Assembly: GCA_951406725.2 (NCBI GenBank)
Contig: OX597842.1
Location: 23,560,001-23,624,000 of the forward strand
Direction: 5' to 3'
DNA: 64,000 bases
From: Octopus vulgaris
Lineage: Eukaryota
Shown: piece after piece, positions 15,338 to 28,747 of the stretch
Layout of the letters: each line of letters begins with the position of its first letter
Position numbering within the stretch: position 1 is the first letter of the stretch
Notes under the pieces: generated by a model
The model's database searches: none
The model's input: the letters and a program-made list of their open reading frames with translations, nothing else
What the model was told of the DNA's origin: nothing
Translations under genes and position numbers: made by a program

Positions 15338-15739
15338 GGATCTTTCGGTTTGAACGGCAGTTTTTTCTATGAAATTGTCACCAATAATTATGACCCTTGT
15401 ATCGATCTATTGCATTTCAATCTGTTTTAGGGTTAAGGGTTGGGTGAAGGGTATCTTTTGTTTCTTCACAAATGTAAATAAACCCAATCTGTTTCTTAAA
15501 TGAGGGACATATTCATTCGGCACAGAATGATTTTTTACCACAATAGACGTCATTGATTGGTTGAAATAGCAGAAATTGAAGAAATAAAACAACAAATATC
15601 TTACAAAGTATAGAATTTTCTCAATAAAGCCAAGAGAAAAAGATGTTTTATAAACACATTCTACCAGTATACGAAGTTTAAAAGTGTTTAGTTATGTGGA
15701 AATTATTTTAAAAAACTGCCATTCAAACGGAAAAGATCC
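15338..15739. mobile_element. Complete GGATC-terminal MITE with 8-bp TSD
   Basis: TIRs as at 10644. TSD CAACCAT(A/G) at 15330-15337 and 15740-15747; the paralog at 5446-5453 reads CAACCATG. Confidence 0.88.
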
Positions 15740-16116
15740 CAACCATGCAGATAGTAGTAAAATTTAAAGGGAAGGAAGAATTCAAGGATGTCAAGTTTCT
15801 GTAAATAGACGTATGTGATGGGTAGGAATCAGAGAGGAGGAAAGAAGGTATAATGACATACGTGCGCAAACATGTGCATATATGCATACATTTAAGCACA
15901 CACATATATACATACACATGCATGCTCATGCTAATACAAGACCCACATTAAACTCCTCACTCATTTCACTATCAAACCATGAGTTAAACTAGGGTTTGTC
16001 CATCACACTTCTTTAGCTTTACCTGCCACTCATAGGGTCTTCTAGATACCAGTACCTCTCATATATATATATATATATATATACTTATATCTATATGAAC
16101 ATATATATATATATAT

Positions 16117-16302
16117 ATAAAGTTAATCCAAACAAGAAAGCACAAAAAAACACAGCAACGCGAGGACATGGAACAAATATAGTATTATTGGACGCTCAGG
16201 AACGAAGGAGGTTTTAACGTTTCAAGCAGAGCTCTTCGTTGGAAACATAGGAGAAGGGAAGACAGAGGGAAGAAAATCGCCAACGGTACACACGCGGTCA
16301 CA
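16117..16302 (-). mobile_element. Penelope-like pLTR fragment with a decayed hammerhead
   Basis: Sits next to a (TA)n tract. Minus strand 16211-16246 reads GTTT-CCAACGA-AGAGCTCTGCTT-GAAACGTT-AAAAC. Confidence 0.45.
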
Positions 16303-16307
16303 TACGC

Positions 16308-16685
16308 ACAGGAGTGGCTGTGTGGTAAGTTGCTTGATTACCAACCACATGGTTCTGGGTTCATTCCCACTGCGTGGCACCTTGGGCAAGTGTATTCTAC
16401 TATAGTCTCGGGCGACCAAAGCCTTGTGAGTGGATTAAGTTGACAGAAACTGAAAGAAGCCTGTTGTATATATGTATATATATGTATATGTGTGTTTATG
16501 TTTGTGTGTCCGTGTTTGACAACCGATGCTGGTGTGTTTATGTCCGTGTAACTTAGAGGTTTGGCATCAGAGTCCGATAGAATAAGTACTAGGCTTACAA
16601 AGAATGAGTCCTGAGGTCAATTTGCTCGACTAAAGGCAGTGCTCCAGCATGGCCGCAGTCAAATGACTGAAACATGTAAAAGAGA
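16308..16685 (+). mobile_element. tRNA-derived SINE family 1, full length
   Basis: A-box TGGCTGTGTGG, B-box GGTTCATTCCC, internal microsatellite and conserved tail GTCAAATGACTGAAAC. Confidence 0.85.
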
Positions 16686-16717
<32 letters not shown>

Positions 16718-16994
16718 TTCTTTACTACTCACAAGGGGCTAAACAGAGGGGACAGACAAACGGATTAAGTTAATAAGATCGACCTCAGTATGTAACTGGT
16801 ACTTAATTTATCGACCCCGAAAGGATGAAAGGCAAAGTCGACCTCGGCGGAATTTGAACCCAGAACGTAACTGCAGACAAAATACAGCTATGCATTTCGG
16901 CCAGCTCGCCGCCTTTATGTTTACATACATATATATATATATGCATGTTTGCATTTTATATCTTCATTTTATATCCTCATAATTGTACTTTATA

Positions 16995-17120
16995 ATCTCT
17001 GACGAGGCCTTGAGATATATATACAAGTAACTCATTTTTAACTGCATATTACCTCAATACATCTGACTAATATGGGCATAATGAGATACACTTATCTATA
17101 GGCTGAAACAGCTGTAAGAT
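16995..17120 (+). ncRNA. Type I hammerhead ribozyme, second copy
   Basis: ATCT-CTGACGA(16999-17005)-GGCCT...AGGCT-GAAA(17105-17108)-CAGCTG-TA-AGAT. Confidence 0.82.
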
Positions 17121-17724
17121 CCATTCTCTATGTATTATTTTTATGGTATTATCTCATTGATGTATATTGTTTCATTCTGTCTTATTCTGTTGGGTTTGAT
17201 GTTCCTATTTAATTAATTAGTTAATAAATTATATGAATTGGTATTATCTGGAAGTTGATGATTGAAAGGAAACTATTCATCGATTTTCTTACTTTGTATT
17301 ATGTATACATATATATGTGTATATATATGTAGTGGACTGGATGTGATGTGCCATATCAATCAGTATGAAATAGCCCACAACTAAATGTAGAGTATAGAGG
17401 TAACGCTTCAAGGTTCTGGTGTCAAAGTAACCAGTGAACATGGAAGAATTAGCACCAAGAAGTGTTATTTACATATATCTATTTGTTTACCTGACGCATA
17501 AGAGGAAGAGACAGAAAATTCTCTCTGTTATATAGGCTATGTTTAGTAATGCAGGTCAAACCTTAAACAAAGGTCTGACCTTTCCATGACCAGTACGGTG
17601 TGGAGTGTTTCTTCATCAATCAACTAGTGTTGTGGATATCGCGCTCGTTTTGACAAGCAACAAGCCAGTGGATTTGGTTTCAAATCTCAGGCAAGGTCAA
17701 GTTGTACCCTCACCTATATATATA

Positions 17725-18605
17725 TATACATATGTACTTACATAAGGCCAACGAGGGTACGGACGCCGCTATATATATTATTATATGTAGAAAAATACAT
17801 ACTGGGACAAGAACGTAAAACATTTAGAAGACGACACCGTCCGTGTTTTTTGTGTCATCTTCTAAATGTTTTGTGTTCCTGTCCCAGTTTGTATTTTTTT
17901 ACATATACATATATATAGCGGCGCCCGTACCCCTTTTTTGGTCTAATATGTAAGTACATATTCTTGTCTTGGTACGACTCTATAACACTGTCTCTCTCCC
18001 CCCCTTCTCCTACATTTCTCTGCCTTTCACACTTTGCACTCCTCTGATCGTCTCTTTCTCTTCTCCTCCTCCTTTGTTCCTTGTTCCCCTTCTTTCTCTC
18101 TTCATCTGTCCCTCTTTTCGTCTCTCTTCTCCTCACACATGACTAGCCGACCGATTGCTAGCCTTTTCGTGGTCAGCAGCCGTTGCGGCAAGACACAAAG
18201 TTTTTTCTCTCTAGCCCTAAGGCTTTTTTCTAACGCTAGCTCAAAAATTTACTCGTCCTGTCGAAAAGACGCCTGTCTGTGATGTCCTGTTTTTGTTGTT
18301 ATTATTATCATTATTGTTTTTACGTATTTTTGTATTTTTATTCGTGTAACATCGTCCTGTTTTCTGTCCCTGTTTTGTATACATTCGGGGCTTTCTTCCA
18401 AGGAATCTAATGCGCTTGGCTTAGATTTTCATTTGGGGCTGAACAGATCAGAGCAATCTCAAGATTAATCAGCCGAAATTGCTAGGATTATCCGGTCCTT
18501 GACTGAAGATTAAAGGCTTCGAATCTCCCGTCCGTGTTTTTTGTATCGTCTTCTAAATGTTTTACGTTCTTGTCCCAGTTTGTATTTTTCTACATATGAT
18601 AATAT
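17725..18605. mobile_element. Penelope-like insertion with direct and inverted terminal repeats
   Basis: Absent from the paralogous site (about 6820). Direct repeat 17838-17905 = 18528-18597, with an inverted copy at 17730-17837. Inserted in (TA)n. Confidence 0.6.
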
Positions 18606-20185
18606 ATATGTATGTATACATCATCATCATCGTTTAACGCCCGTTCTCTATGCTAGCATATGTTGGACGGTTCGACTCGGGCCTGGGAAGCCAGATGGCT
18701 GCACCAGGCTCCAGTCTGATCTGGCAATGTTTCTATAGTTGGATGCCCTTCTTAACGCCAACCACTCCGAGAGTGTAGTGGGTGCTTATTACGTGCCAGG
18801 CAAGGCAGGCAACGGCCACGATCGCGTTGGTGCTTTTTATGTGCCACCGGCATGGAAGCCAGTCAAAGTGGCGCTGTCATCGGCCACGTTCAGACAGTGC
18901 TTTTTATGTGCCACCGGCACAGAAGCCAGTCTAGGCGGAGCTGGCATCGGTCATGTTCGGATGGTTTCTAAACTGCAGTTTCCATTGATCTTTAATGTTG
19001 GTGTCCTTGACTCAATGGATCTCCTCAAGCACAGGGTCAAAACGGTGTTTCTTTACTTGCCACCTGCACAGGATATATATATATATATATATAAATTACT
19101 CATGAGTAGTCAACGCCCATCCATTAATGTGTAGATGCACATACCATTTTACCTTCTATTTTTATAAAATAAAGTGGAGGTATTTAATTCCATATATTAG
19201 GGGGCAGATGGAACTCCTTAACCTTGGTGAAGGTATATTATTTAGGAGAGGGAAACTTATATAAACCAGGTCTTTGGTTGTGAGGGTCTCCTTAACAGGG
19301 CTGTACTCTCAGTACAATCCTGACTCATAAGGTAGACTAGGCTCTCCAGCTTGCTTATAGCGGCTTGTCTAGGAGATGAAAACCTTTAAAGGAAAAACCT
19401 GAGTTGTGTTGTTTTTAGTATTGTGAGCATATTCTTGCTATCATCACTTCCAAAATGTGTGGCTGGTTCTACACAAGCCTTCAACACTCAAATCAAATAT
19501 TTCTGTTTGGGGTTTCTGACAACTTACATTTATTCATTCAAAACGGCAGAGCTTCAAGTTGTGAAAATCAAAAGGAGAGTGAAAGTGATAAGACAGGTAA
19601 AGGATATTACTGGAAGTCTCATGCTGGATCTCTTTACAGTCTGTGACCATTAGGTGATGGCCGTACCAGCACAGAACTTGTGAGTAACTGCGGATAAACG
19701 ACAAGAGGTCATCCAGAAAAGAGAATGCCTACAAAAAATGCAGAGGCCCGGGCCAACGAACTCCCTTCAGTCGGAAGCGCCATCTATGGGAGAATTGAGG
19801 AAATACAATAATATAGAGGGAGATAACTTTTACAACACTTGAAGCGACGTCCAATTAAATTATTAATTAAGGTGCTTAATTACTGATCACTGACTCGTTT
19901 GTATCTGAATACGGTAAGTTAACAACGATTTTCTTTAAGGCTGTAATGATAATAATAATAATAATAATGTAAATAATAGAATTATGTGACCCTCTCGATG
20001 TTACAGTAATTATTTGGAAGGCATAACAATAGGGAAATGTATTTGCTCGTCTTAAATAATTTCCGAAGTGAAATGTTAATTTGTTGTTTATGAAAACCTA
20101 TTATCAACTGTTACATGTGATATAAAGTAAATTTATTAGTAAAATGAGAGTATTGTGGTATAATTAATTAGTAAGATCAGAGTAA

Positions 20186-20395
<210 letters not shown>

Positions 20396-20916
20396 CTGTA
20401 TCTGTATCAAGATTTATTATAATAGGACAACAATTACGAATATTTTGTCTGTTAAAAGACTGGATTTATTCCTATTCAAGTTTGACCTCATCAACTTCAA
20501 TTTCATCATTAGCAATTTAATATTAACGAACCCCAACTTCAATATCATGTATGTATCTAAATATATCAACACAGCGGTCACTTTGATTTCTGAAGATGAT
20601 TGTGCTGGATTTTTGAGGAATTTGTTATAAGAGAATAAAGGAATAAAAATTTTTAAGTGACATTAATTTTGTCTTTGTTGTGCTTTCTTCATCATCATCA
20701 TCATCATCCTTTAACGTTTTCTATGCAGGATCAGGTGGGAAAGTGTTACAAGGGCTGTCAAGCCAGAGTGCTGTTCCAGATTCCAGTTAGATTTGGCTGG
20801 GTTTCTTTGGCTGTATACATGGTGTATTTTATAAATATGCCTGTTTATGTATCATAAACGCATGAAACTAGTAGTAGCTCCCTCGGTTTCGAGTGTGGGG
20901 TAATGACAGAGGAAAC

Positions 20917-20955
20917 GACGTCAAAAGGGACCGGAAGTGCGATGGCACGTCAAGT
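20917..20955 (+). promoter_or_regulatory. CRE + ETS promoter module upstream of the type B gene
   Basis: GACGTCA at 20917-20923, ACCGGAAGTG at 20930-20939, ACGTCA at 20947-20952; locally CpG-rich. Confidence 0.6.
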
Positions 20956-21288
20956 GGTCACACGTTGAAGACAGATTCCTTCTCGCGGTATCTGTGACGG
21001 GGTCAAGTCGTATACTGAAAATGGTCATAGAGGAGAATACATGTGTGTTCGGCGTAACTTCGGTATAAGTACCGGATTCATTTCAAGAAAGTGTTTTTTT
21101 TTATATATGGGGGGTGGGAGAAAAGGGTTTCTGTTATTTTCAGAAATGCAAACAAAGTCACGTATGTACCTATACAGAAGGATCGCCGGAGTACTCTTTG
21201 TCAAAATAATCTGGTGTAAATTTGAAAAAATTCTTGAAGGCGAAGTGGTTGATAGAAAATCACTGGAACGAAATGAACAGCCAGTGAA

Positions 21289-21300
21289 GCCATCTAGTGG
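21289..21300 (-). promoter_or_regulatory. CTCF-like motif CCACTAGATGGC (variants at 8022, 19777, 34135, 47956, 54898, 60277)
   Basis: Fits CCACYAGRKGGC and lies at the same position before the first 5' splice donor in each unit. Confidence 0.5.
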
Positions 21301-22201
21301 AGAATTAAAGAAATGCAATGTTACGAAGGGAAGTAACTTCTACAAAACTTGTTTTACTAGCTCCGAGTTAAACATTAATTAAGGTGCTTAATTAGCGATC
21401 ACTTACTCGTTTGTTCAAATCTGAATACGATAAGTTGAGAAATATTTACTTGAAGACTATAATGGTTTTAATACTACTAATAATAATGTAAATAATAGAA
21501 TTATATGAACCTCTCGATGTTACAGTAATTATTTTTCCAAGCGGGAACCTGACAATAATTAGGAAAATATATTTCTTCGACTTAATTAATAACTTTGAAG
21601 CTGAAATGTTGATTTGTTGTTTATAAAATACTATGACCGACTGTTACTTGTGATAGAACTGAAATTAATTGGTAAAGTGAGAATAAAACAGCGTAATTAA
21701 TTAGTAGAATGTGAGGAGTCCGATTGAAGAATTCCACATTAATATATGTTATCCTGTTGTTTATGAGGCATTGATAAAACGGTAAGTTGATAAAGATTTA
21801 CTCTAATGTTATATTAATAATAGTAATGATGATGATGATTTCAAAACTGGCCCAGGGTCAGCAATCTTTAATACGAGCGATAAGTCGATTGCATGGGTCC
21901 CGGTTTTTTCCCGAAAGAGATGAAAGAAAAATCGATCTTATCCGTATTTGAACTCAGGACTTTCCGCCGAGGTTGGCTTTGTATTTCATTCCATTCCGTG
22001 TGAAGAAAATAATAATGATGATGATGATAATAGTAATCTTTTGATAATTAAAACAATAATCATTTGTGCTTTTGACCTGAAAATTGGCGGGAGGGCATAA
22101 GTGAATTACATGGACCCTAGTATTTGATTGCTTTTTATTTTTTCTACCTGGAAATGATGAAAGGCGACCTTGATGTGATTTGAACTTTGAGAGTAATGAT
22201 G

Positions 22202-22934
22202 CGATCTTTTCACTTTGACCGGCAGATTTTTAAAGTAATTTCTATGCAACTAAAAAAATTTTAAACTTCGTATACTGGTAGAATGTGTTTATAAAACATC
22301 TTTTTCTCTTGGCTTTCTTGAGAAAATTCTGTAGTTTGTAACATATTTGTTTTATTTCTAGCATTTCGGCAATTTCAACCAATCAATGATGTCTATTGTG
22401 TTGAAAACCATTTCTGCCGTAACATTTTCTGGCGGCGTTATATGAAAATGTCCCTGTTACATATTATATATTCGTTTAAGAAACAGATTGGGTTTATTTA
22501 CATTTCTGAAGAAAAAAAGATACCTTTGCCCCTAACCCTAATCCTAATACAGATTGAAATGCAATAGATCGATACTAGGGTCATTATTATGGGTGGACAC
22601 TAAAAAGGGAACGGTTTTGTTATCCAGCACTCTTTACGAGTGAACCCTCAGTTTATAACCATAGTGTATCTTTTTTCTCATAAAAAACAGGGACATTTTC
22701 ATATGACGCCTCCTATAAATGTTACAGCAGAAATCGTTTTCACCTCAATAGACGTTATTGATTGGTTGAAATTGCCGAAATGAAAGAAATTAAACAACAA
22801 ATATGTTACAAACTACAGAATTTTCTCAAGAAAGCCAAGAGAAAAAGATGTTTTATAAACACATTCTACCAGTATACAAAGTTTAAAAGTGTTTAGTTAC
22901 ATAGAAATTATTTTTAAAATCTGCGAAAAGATCC
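22202..22934. mobile_element. Fold-back MITE, paralogous copy
   Basis: Same element and insertion site as 755-1486. Confidence 0.85.
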
Positions 22935-23596
22935 TAATGTGTAGGGCACTGCCCATGGGCTGGTCCAGAGAAGGGAATTCCGGTCGAGCAACATGAAGTC
23001 TTAAATCAAACATTCTTCTGAAAGGTAGAGGTGAAGTGTGTAGTAAACTTGTGTGGGTATACCAATGTTTCAACGCCTCAATGAACTCTGACCCCTGTAA
23101 ACATTGACATTAAATGGCTGACAGTGTTCATGTAGTAATATTTACAATGTTGAATTACTATGTCACTTGACTATCCTCTTTATCTTACTGTTTCTTTTTC
23201 TATTTCAGAATATCACATCACGTTGACATAAAAGGAATTACTTCGTTCAGATGTGCCTCTGATATTTTTATCAACTTTCATCAACTAAAGGAAGACGATA
23301 TATTTATAAGGAGCATTCATCTATACATCAACGTTTCTATATAAACTTAATTTATGACAAACAACAGCAAAATATTTTTCTTGTCTTCACTGTCTGGAAT
23401 GTAGAGGAGGTGATTGCTTTACAAGTTTGGATAACTTTACAAACGAGTTGAGAGTTTTCACCTGTTGATTTAGGTATTAAGTAAGATCACACATGAAAGA
23501 AAGATTAACATTAAATTATTCTTTGAGAATAGTGATCCAACTTCACACAAACATATTTATAGAAAGAAAAAAAAAAGCAATATTATTGTGATATAT

Positions 23597-25507
23597 ATGA
23601 CAAATTATCCTGTCATAATGAATAATTTAACTGAACCTAAAAACTTTGATACAGGAGAGAAACCATATCGTTGTAATATCTGTGGTGAATCATTTTATGA
23701 AAATAGCAATTTAACTCGACATATGCGTATTCATACTGGGGAAAAACCATATTATTGTGATATCTGTGGTAAATCATTTTCTTGTGATGGTGACTTGACT
23801 AAACATAAACGTACTCATACAGGGGAAAAACCATATCATTGTCATATCTGTAGTAAATCATTCTCTTGTAGTAGCCACTTGTCTAAACATAAACTTATTC
23901 ATACAAGAGAGAAGCCATATCACTGTGATATCTGTGGCAAATCATTTTCTTGTAATAGTTATATGACTAAACATAAACGTCTTCATATTGGGGAAAAATC
24001 ATATCATTGTAATATCTGTGGTAAATCATTTTCTCGTAATAATGACCTGACTGTCCATAAACGTATTCATACTGGGGAAAAACCATATCATTGTGATATC
24101 TGTGGTAAATCATTCTCTTGTAGTAGCCACTTGTCTAAACATAAACATATTCATACAGGAGAGAAGCCATATCGTTGTGATATCTGTGGTAAATCATGTT
24201 CTTGTAATAGTGACTTGACTAAACATAAACGTCTTCATACTGGGGAAAAACCATATCATTGTGATATCTGTGGCAAATCATTCTCTTGCAGTAGTCACTT
24301 ATGTAAACATAAACGTATTCATACTGGGGAAAAACCATATCATTGTGATATCTGTGGTAAATCATTCTCTTGTAGTAGCCACTTGTCTAAACATAAACAT
24401 ATTCATACAGGAGAGAAGCCATATCGCTGTGCTATCTGTGGTAAATCATGTTCTTGTGATGGTGACTTGGCTAAACATAAACGTCTTCATATTGGGGAAA
24501 AACCATATCATTGTGATATCTGTGGTAAATCATTTTCTTGTAATAGTGACTTGTCTAAACACAAGCGTATTCATACAGGAGAAAAACCATATCGCTGTGA
24601 CATCTGTGGTAAATCATGTTCTTGTAATAGTGACTTGACTAAACATAAACGTATTCATACTGGGGATAAACCATATCATTGTGATATCTGTGGTAAATCA
24701 TTCTCTCAAAGAAGTCACTTTTCCATTCACAAACGTATTCATACAGGAGAGAAACCATATCGCTGTGACATCTGTGGTAAATCATGTTCTTGTAATAGTG
24801 ACTTGACTAAACATAAACGTATTCATACTGGGGATAAACCATATCATTGTGATATCTGTGGTAAATCATTCTCTCAAAGAAGTCACTTTTCCATTCACAA
24901 ATGTATTCATACAGGAGAGAAGCCATATGATTGTAATATCTGTGGTAAATCATGTTCTTGTAATAGTGACTTGACTAAACATAAACGTATTCATACTGGG
25001 GATAAACCATATCATTGTGATATCTGTGGTAAGCCATTTTCTTGTAATAGTGACTTGTCTAAACACAAACGTATTCATACAGGAGTGAAGCCATATCGCT
25101 GTGATATCTGTGGTAAATCATGTTCTTGTAATAGTGACTTGGCTAAACATAAACGTATTCATACTGGAGAGAAGCCTTATCGCTGTGATATCTGTGGTAA
25201 ATCATTCTCTCAAAGAAGTCACTTTTCCATTCACAAACGTATTCATACAGGAGAGAAGCCATATCGTTGTAATATCTGTGGTGAATCATTTTCTGATAGT
25301 AGCAATTTAACTCGACATAAACGTATTCATACAGGAGAGAAGCCATATCGTTGTGATATCTGTGGTAAATCATTTTCTGATAATAGCACTTTATCTCGAC
25401 ACAAGCGTATTCATACAGGAGAGAAGCCATATCATTGTGATATCTGTGGTAAAAAGTTCTCTCGAAGAAGTCACTTGACTATCCATAAATGTATTCATAC
25501 AGGATAG
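23597..25507 (+). CDS. C2H2 zinc-finger-only protein, type B copy 1 (22 fingers)
   Basis: ORF track 23588..25507, ATG at 23597. 22 fingers including near-identical internal duplications. Acceptor ends at 23208. Confidence 0.94.
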   Translation: MTNYPVIMNNLTEPKNFDTGEKPYRCNICGESFYENSNLTRHMRIHTGEKPYYCDICGKSFSCDGDLTKHKRTHTGEKPYHCHICSKSFSCSSHLSKHKLIHTREKPYHCDICGKSFSCNSYMTKHKRLHIGEKSYHCNICGKSFSRNNDLTVHKRIHTGEKPYHCDICGKSFSCSSHLSKHKHIHTGEKPYRCDICGKSCSCNSDLTKHKRLHTGEKPYHCDICGKSFSCSSHLCKHKRIHTGEKPYHCDICGKSFSCSSHLSKHKHIHTGEKPYRCAICGKSCSCDGDLAKHKRLHIGEKPYHCDICGKSFSCNSDLSKHKRIHTGEKPYRCDICGKSCSCNSDLTKHKRIHTGDKPYHCDICGKSFSQRSHFSIHKRIHTGEKPYRCDICGKSCSCNSDLTKHKRIHTGDKPYHCDICGKSFSQRSHFSIHKCIHTGEKPYDCNICGKSCSCNSDLTKHKRIHTGDKPYHCDICGKPFSCNSDLSKHKRIHTGVKPYRCDICGKSCSCNSDLAKHKRIHTGEKPYRCDICGKSFSQRSHFSIHKRIHTGEKPYRCNICGESFSDSSNLTRHKRIHTGEKPYRCDICGKSFSDNSTLSRHKRIHTGEKPYHCDICGKKFSRRSHLTIHKCIHTG

Positions 25508-26379
25508 AAACCATATTGTGATATCTGTGGTAAATCATTCTCTGAAAGTGGTGTCCTAATTAAACACCAGTGCAGGATAGAAACCATATCATTGTGATAT
25601 CTGTGGTGAATCATTCTCATACAATGATGACTTCACTAATTATAAGCATATTCATACTGGGGAAAAACAATATCACTGTGATATCTATGGTAAATCATTC
25701 TCTCAAAAACGCCATTTATGTACACGTGAGTATTCACACAAAAGTGCAACCATTCAGTATTAATAATCTACTACAACAATTGTGGCTATTTTTTTCTGCT
25801 GAAAGACAGGGCTATTTTTATCTCTTCAAATATGATGTTATCGACTTCAATTTCAATAATGTCAACATCAAATTCATGAATGTCATGTATATATATGGAA
25901 GTATATCAACAATGCCTTTGATTTCTGAAGATGATTGCTCTTGATTTTTGAGCAATTTAAGTTGATTTTGTCTGTGTTTTCATCATCATCCTTTAGTGAA
26001 TTTTTTTTTTTTACTGGCATGGGTGGCACAGTGTGACATGAGCTGGCAAACCATAATGCTGCAATAGGTTCCAGTCTGATTTGTTTGGGTTTCTTTGGGT
26101 GTATTCTCCTAATGCTAACCTGTTCACAGTTTATGCTGTTTGCTTCAAATATATATGTACGTATGCACACACATATATGTATGTGTGTGTATATGTATAC
26201 CATCATTATCATCAGCATCCACTGAAAAAAAAATATATTTCCAATGATACTGAGGTGGGAGGGCGCCTCACGTTTTCCAAGCAAAAATAAGGAGTTTACA
26301 GCGCATTGCGAGGTCAGGGTACTTGAATCCATGCAAAAAATCTAAGTTTTTTTGTTTGTCTTTATGAAAATCTTGTGGG

Positions 26380-27255
26380 TGAAAATATCAAAATTTACCC
26401 AAAATTTTTCTGGACTCCAACTTTTTTTAATTACCATTTTTAATTACCATTAATCTACCAAATCATTATCATCATCATTTAACGTCTGCTTTCCATGCTA
26501 GCATGAGTTGGATGATTTGACTGAGGTCTGGCAAACCAGACTCTAATCTGACCTGGCAGAGTTTCTACAGCTGGATGCCTTTCCTAATGCCAACCAGCTG
26601 TAGAAACTCTTTGTTATGGAAATTGTGGAACAAATTGATAAAACAACGAATTTCTCTCAACTTTTGTGATACCATATCTGAAGAATTATAAGAATAATTT
26701 ATAAATATCCTCAGAAAAATCTGAGAGGTTTCTATAAAGGTACACATGGGTCAGATCACAAATGTATGTGTAGTGTTTTCTCTTTGAATGTGTTATGTAT
26801 ACCTGTGTTTGTATATAAACACATATCATTTACGTTTTCATCATCATCATCATCATTTAACATCCGTTTTCCATGCTAGCATGAGTTGGTCGATTTGACT
26901 GAGGTCTGGCAAACCAGACTCCAATCTGATCTGGCAGAGTTTCTACAGCTGGTTGGCGTTAGGAAGGGCATCCAGCTGTAGAAACTCTGCCAGATCAGAT
27001 TGGAGTCTGGTTTGCCAGACCTCAGTCAAATCGTTCAACCCATGCTAGCATGGAAAGCAGACATTAAATGATGATGATGATTTGGTAGATTAACGATAAT
27101 TCAAAATTTTCCATGACTACATTTCTGATGAGGTAGATTTCGATGATAATACCTTTTAGATGGTTTAGATTACGATTACATACGAATTTGTTGTCACAAT
27201 TCTTTTGGGAGAAGTTGGAGTCCAGAAGAATTTTGGGTAAATTTTGATATTTTCA
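26380..27255. repeat. Nested inverted repeats built from SINE family 3 tails
   Basis: Inner palindrome 26843-27080 has arms of about 110 bp and a 19-nt loop. Outer inversion pairs 26380-26610 with 26933-27255. Confidence 0.85.
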
Positions 27256-27699
27256 GGGAAATGAGGGGAGGGGAATTATTGCGTCGATTGTTTCCCCATA
27301 ATCCCTGGTATTACTTAAGAAGAGTGGTCCCGGTGCACGTACTCGTGCATCCGCGCTTGCTAGTTGTGACTGGTCAATCCTTTGTGTTTTTGTGTTGTAT
27401 CGCCAAAAAATTTGCGATCCTTTGGTATAAGTACACACACGACGCACACACAGACACAAAACATATTCAGTTCTACCACATCATATCCACAAATGTACAT
27501 TGCTTTTATTCCTCTCAACTCGTAGCAGTTGACAACAAATTAATGTAGTGAAAAACTGTGTATATCAACAGCGAATGCAAGTCCCGTAAATAAATTATTT
27601 AAACTATAAATCTACGTCGTTCATTTGTTTATTTCGAAGGCATCCACATGCCTATCACATCCGTTCACCTCACCATATTCCAATACACTGTAACCATTA

Positions 27700-27902
27700 C
27701 AGATTGTCAAGCGATGGTGGGGCACAAACAATGACACAAATACACACTACGGGCTTCTTTCAGTTTCCGTCTACGAAATCCACTAACAAGGCTTTCGTTG
27801 GCCCTAGGCTGTTGTACATGACACTTCCACAAGCTGTTATGCAGTGAGACTGAACCAAGAACTATATGGATGTGAAGCAAGATTCTTACCCCACAGCCAC
27901 AC
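27700..27902 (-). mobile_element. Old SINE family 1 copy
   Basis: Diverged reverse-complement match including the head. Confidence 0.65.
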
Positions 27903-28747
27903 TGAGAAAACTCTTTCGGTTTATGAACATTTCAGATGAGAAAAAGTCTTCAGGAAAGATGAAAATTCGTAAACTAAGGTTCACTGTTTAGTTATCTAAC
28001 CCGCTATTTCTAGCGGATTGAGAGACCACATAAACGTTCCGTGTGTGTGCTGATCAGTACAGATGATATATCGCCCCTGTAGGCCTTTGACTGGCCAAAA
28101 TAACAGAACTTTTAGCTTGTAACTTTATAATTCATTTCTAGAAAATAATCTTCAGCATTTCAAAACAACATTTCTATTTTTAAATAATAATCTGACGAAC
28201 TTCGAGATGGAACACAATCTATATCTACTATTAAACATGATGATAACGAAAATTTTACATTTGACCAAATTTTTAAATACCACAGTATCATTATATTAAA
28301 AATGATCTACTATCTTAGATGTTTCAGTGGTATTTGGGGATAAATTTAAGTCACGTAACTTTAATTTAATTCTTTTTTATTCTATTCTAAATAATCTTCG
28401 TTCTGTTTCGTTTTGGGATTTGGTTTGCAAGATTCTTTATGAGTTCGTGTGTTGAAGCATATTCTGTTGTGTCTGGGGAGAGTCATTCTCTTTTAGTGCT
28501 TTATAATTTATAACACACACTGGTAAATATTTTTTATTTCTGTATGTAAGCATTTAGATATGTACATAAACAGATCAATATACAAACGGATAGGTATATA
28601 GACTATATGAACAGACACGGATCCACACATATAAAGATACACATCCATACATACAAACATGGTACATAGTTACACAACACACACAGATATGCACACGCAA
28701 GGAGACAGAGGTGCATACATATACAAACACATGCTCACACATACATG

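Noticed and set aside
16308-16380. tRNA-like sequence with A and B boxes
   Set aside because: It is the head of a SINE repeated many times in the window, with no complete cloverleaf.
18500-18535. CTGAAGA...GAAT possible hammerhead in the Penelope-like insert
   Set aside because: No GAAA box and no convincing stem II or stem I pairing.
19423-19653. Short ORFs in the C-type upstream block (also 47550..47831) and the B-type block (21041, 33795)
   Set aside because: Starts and frames differ between paralogs and no domain is recognisable; more consistent with promoter sequence.
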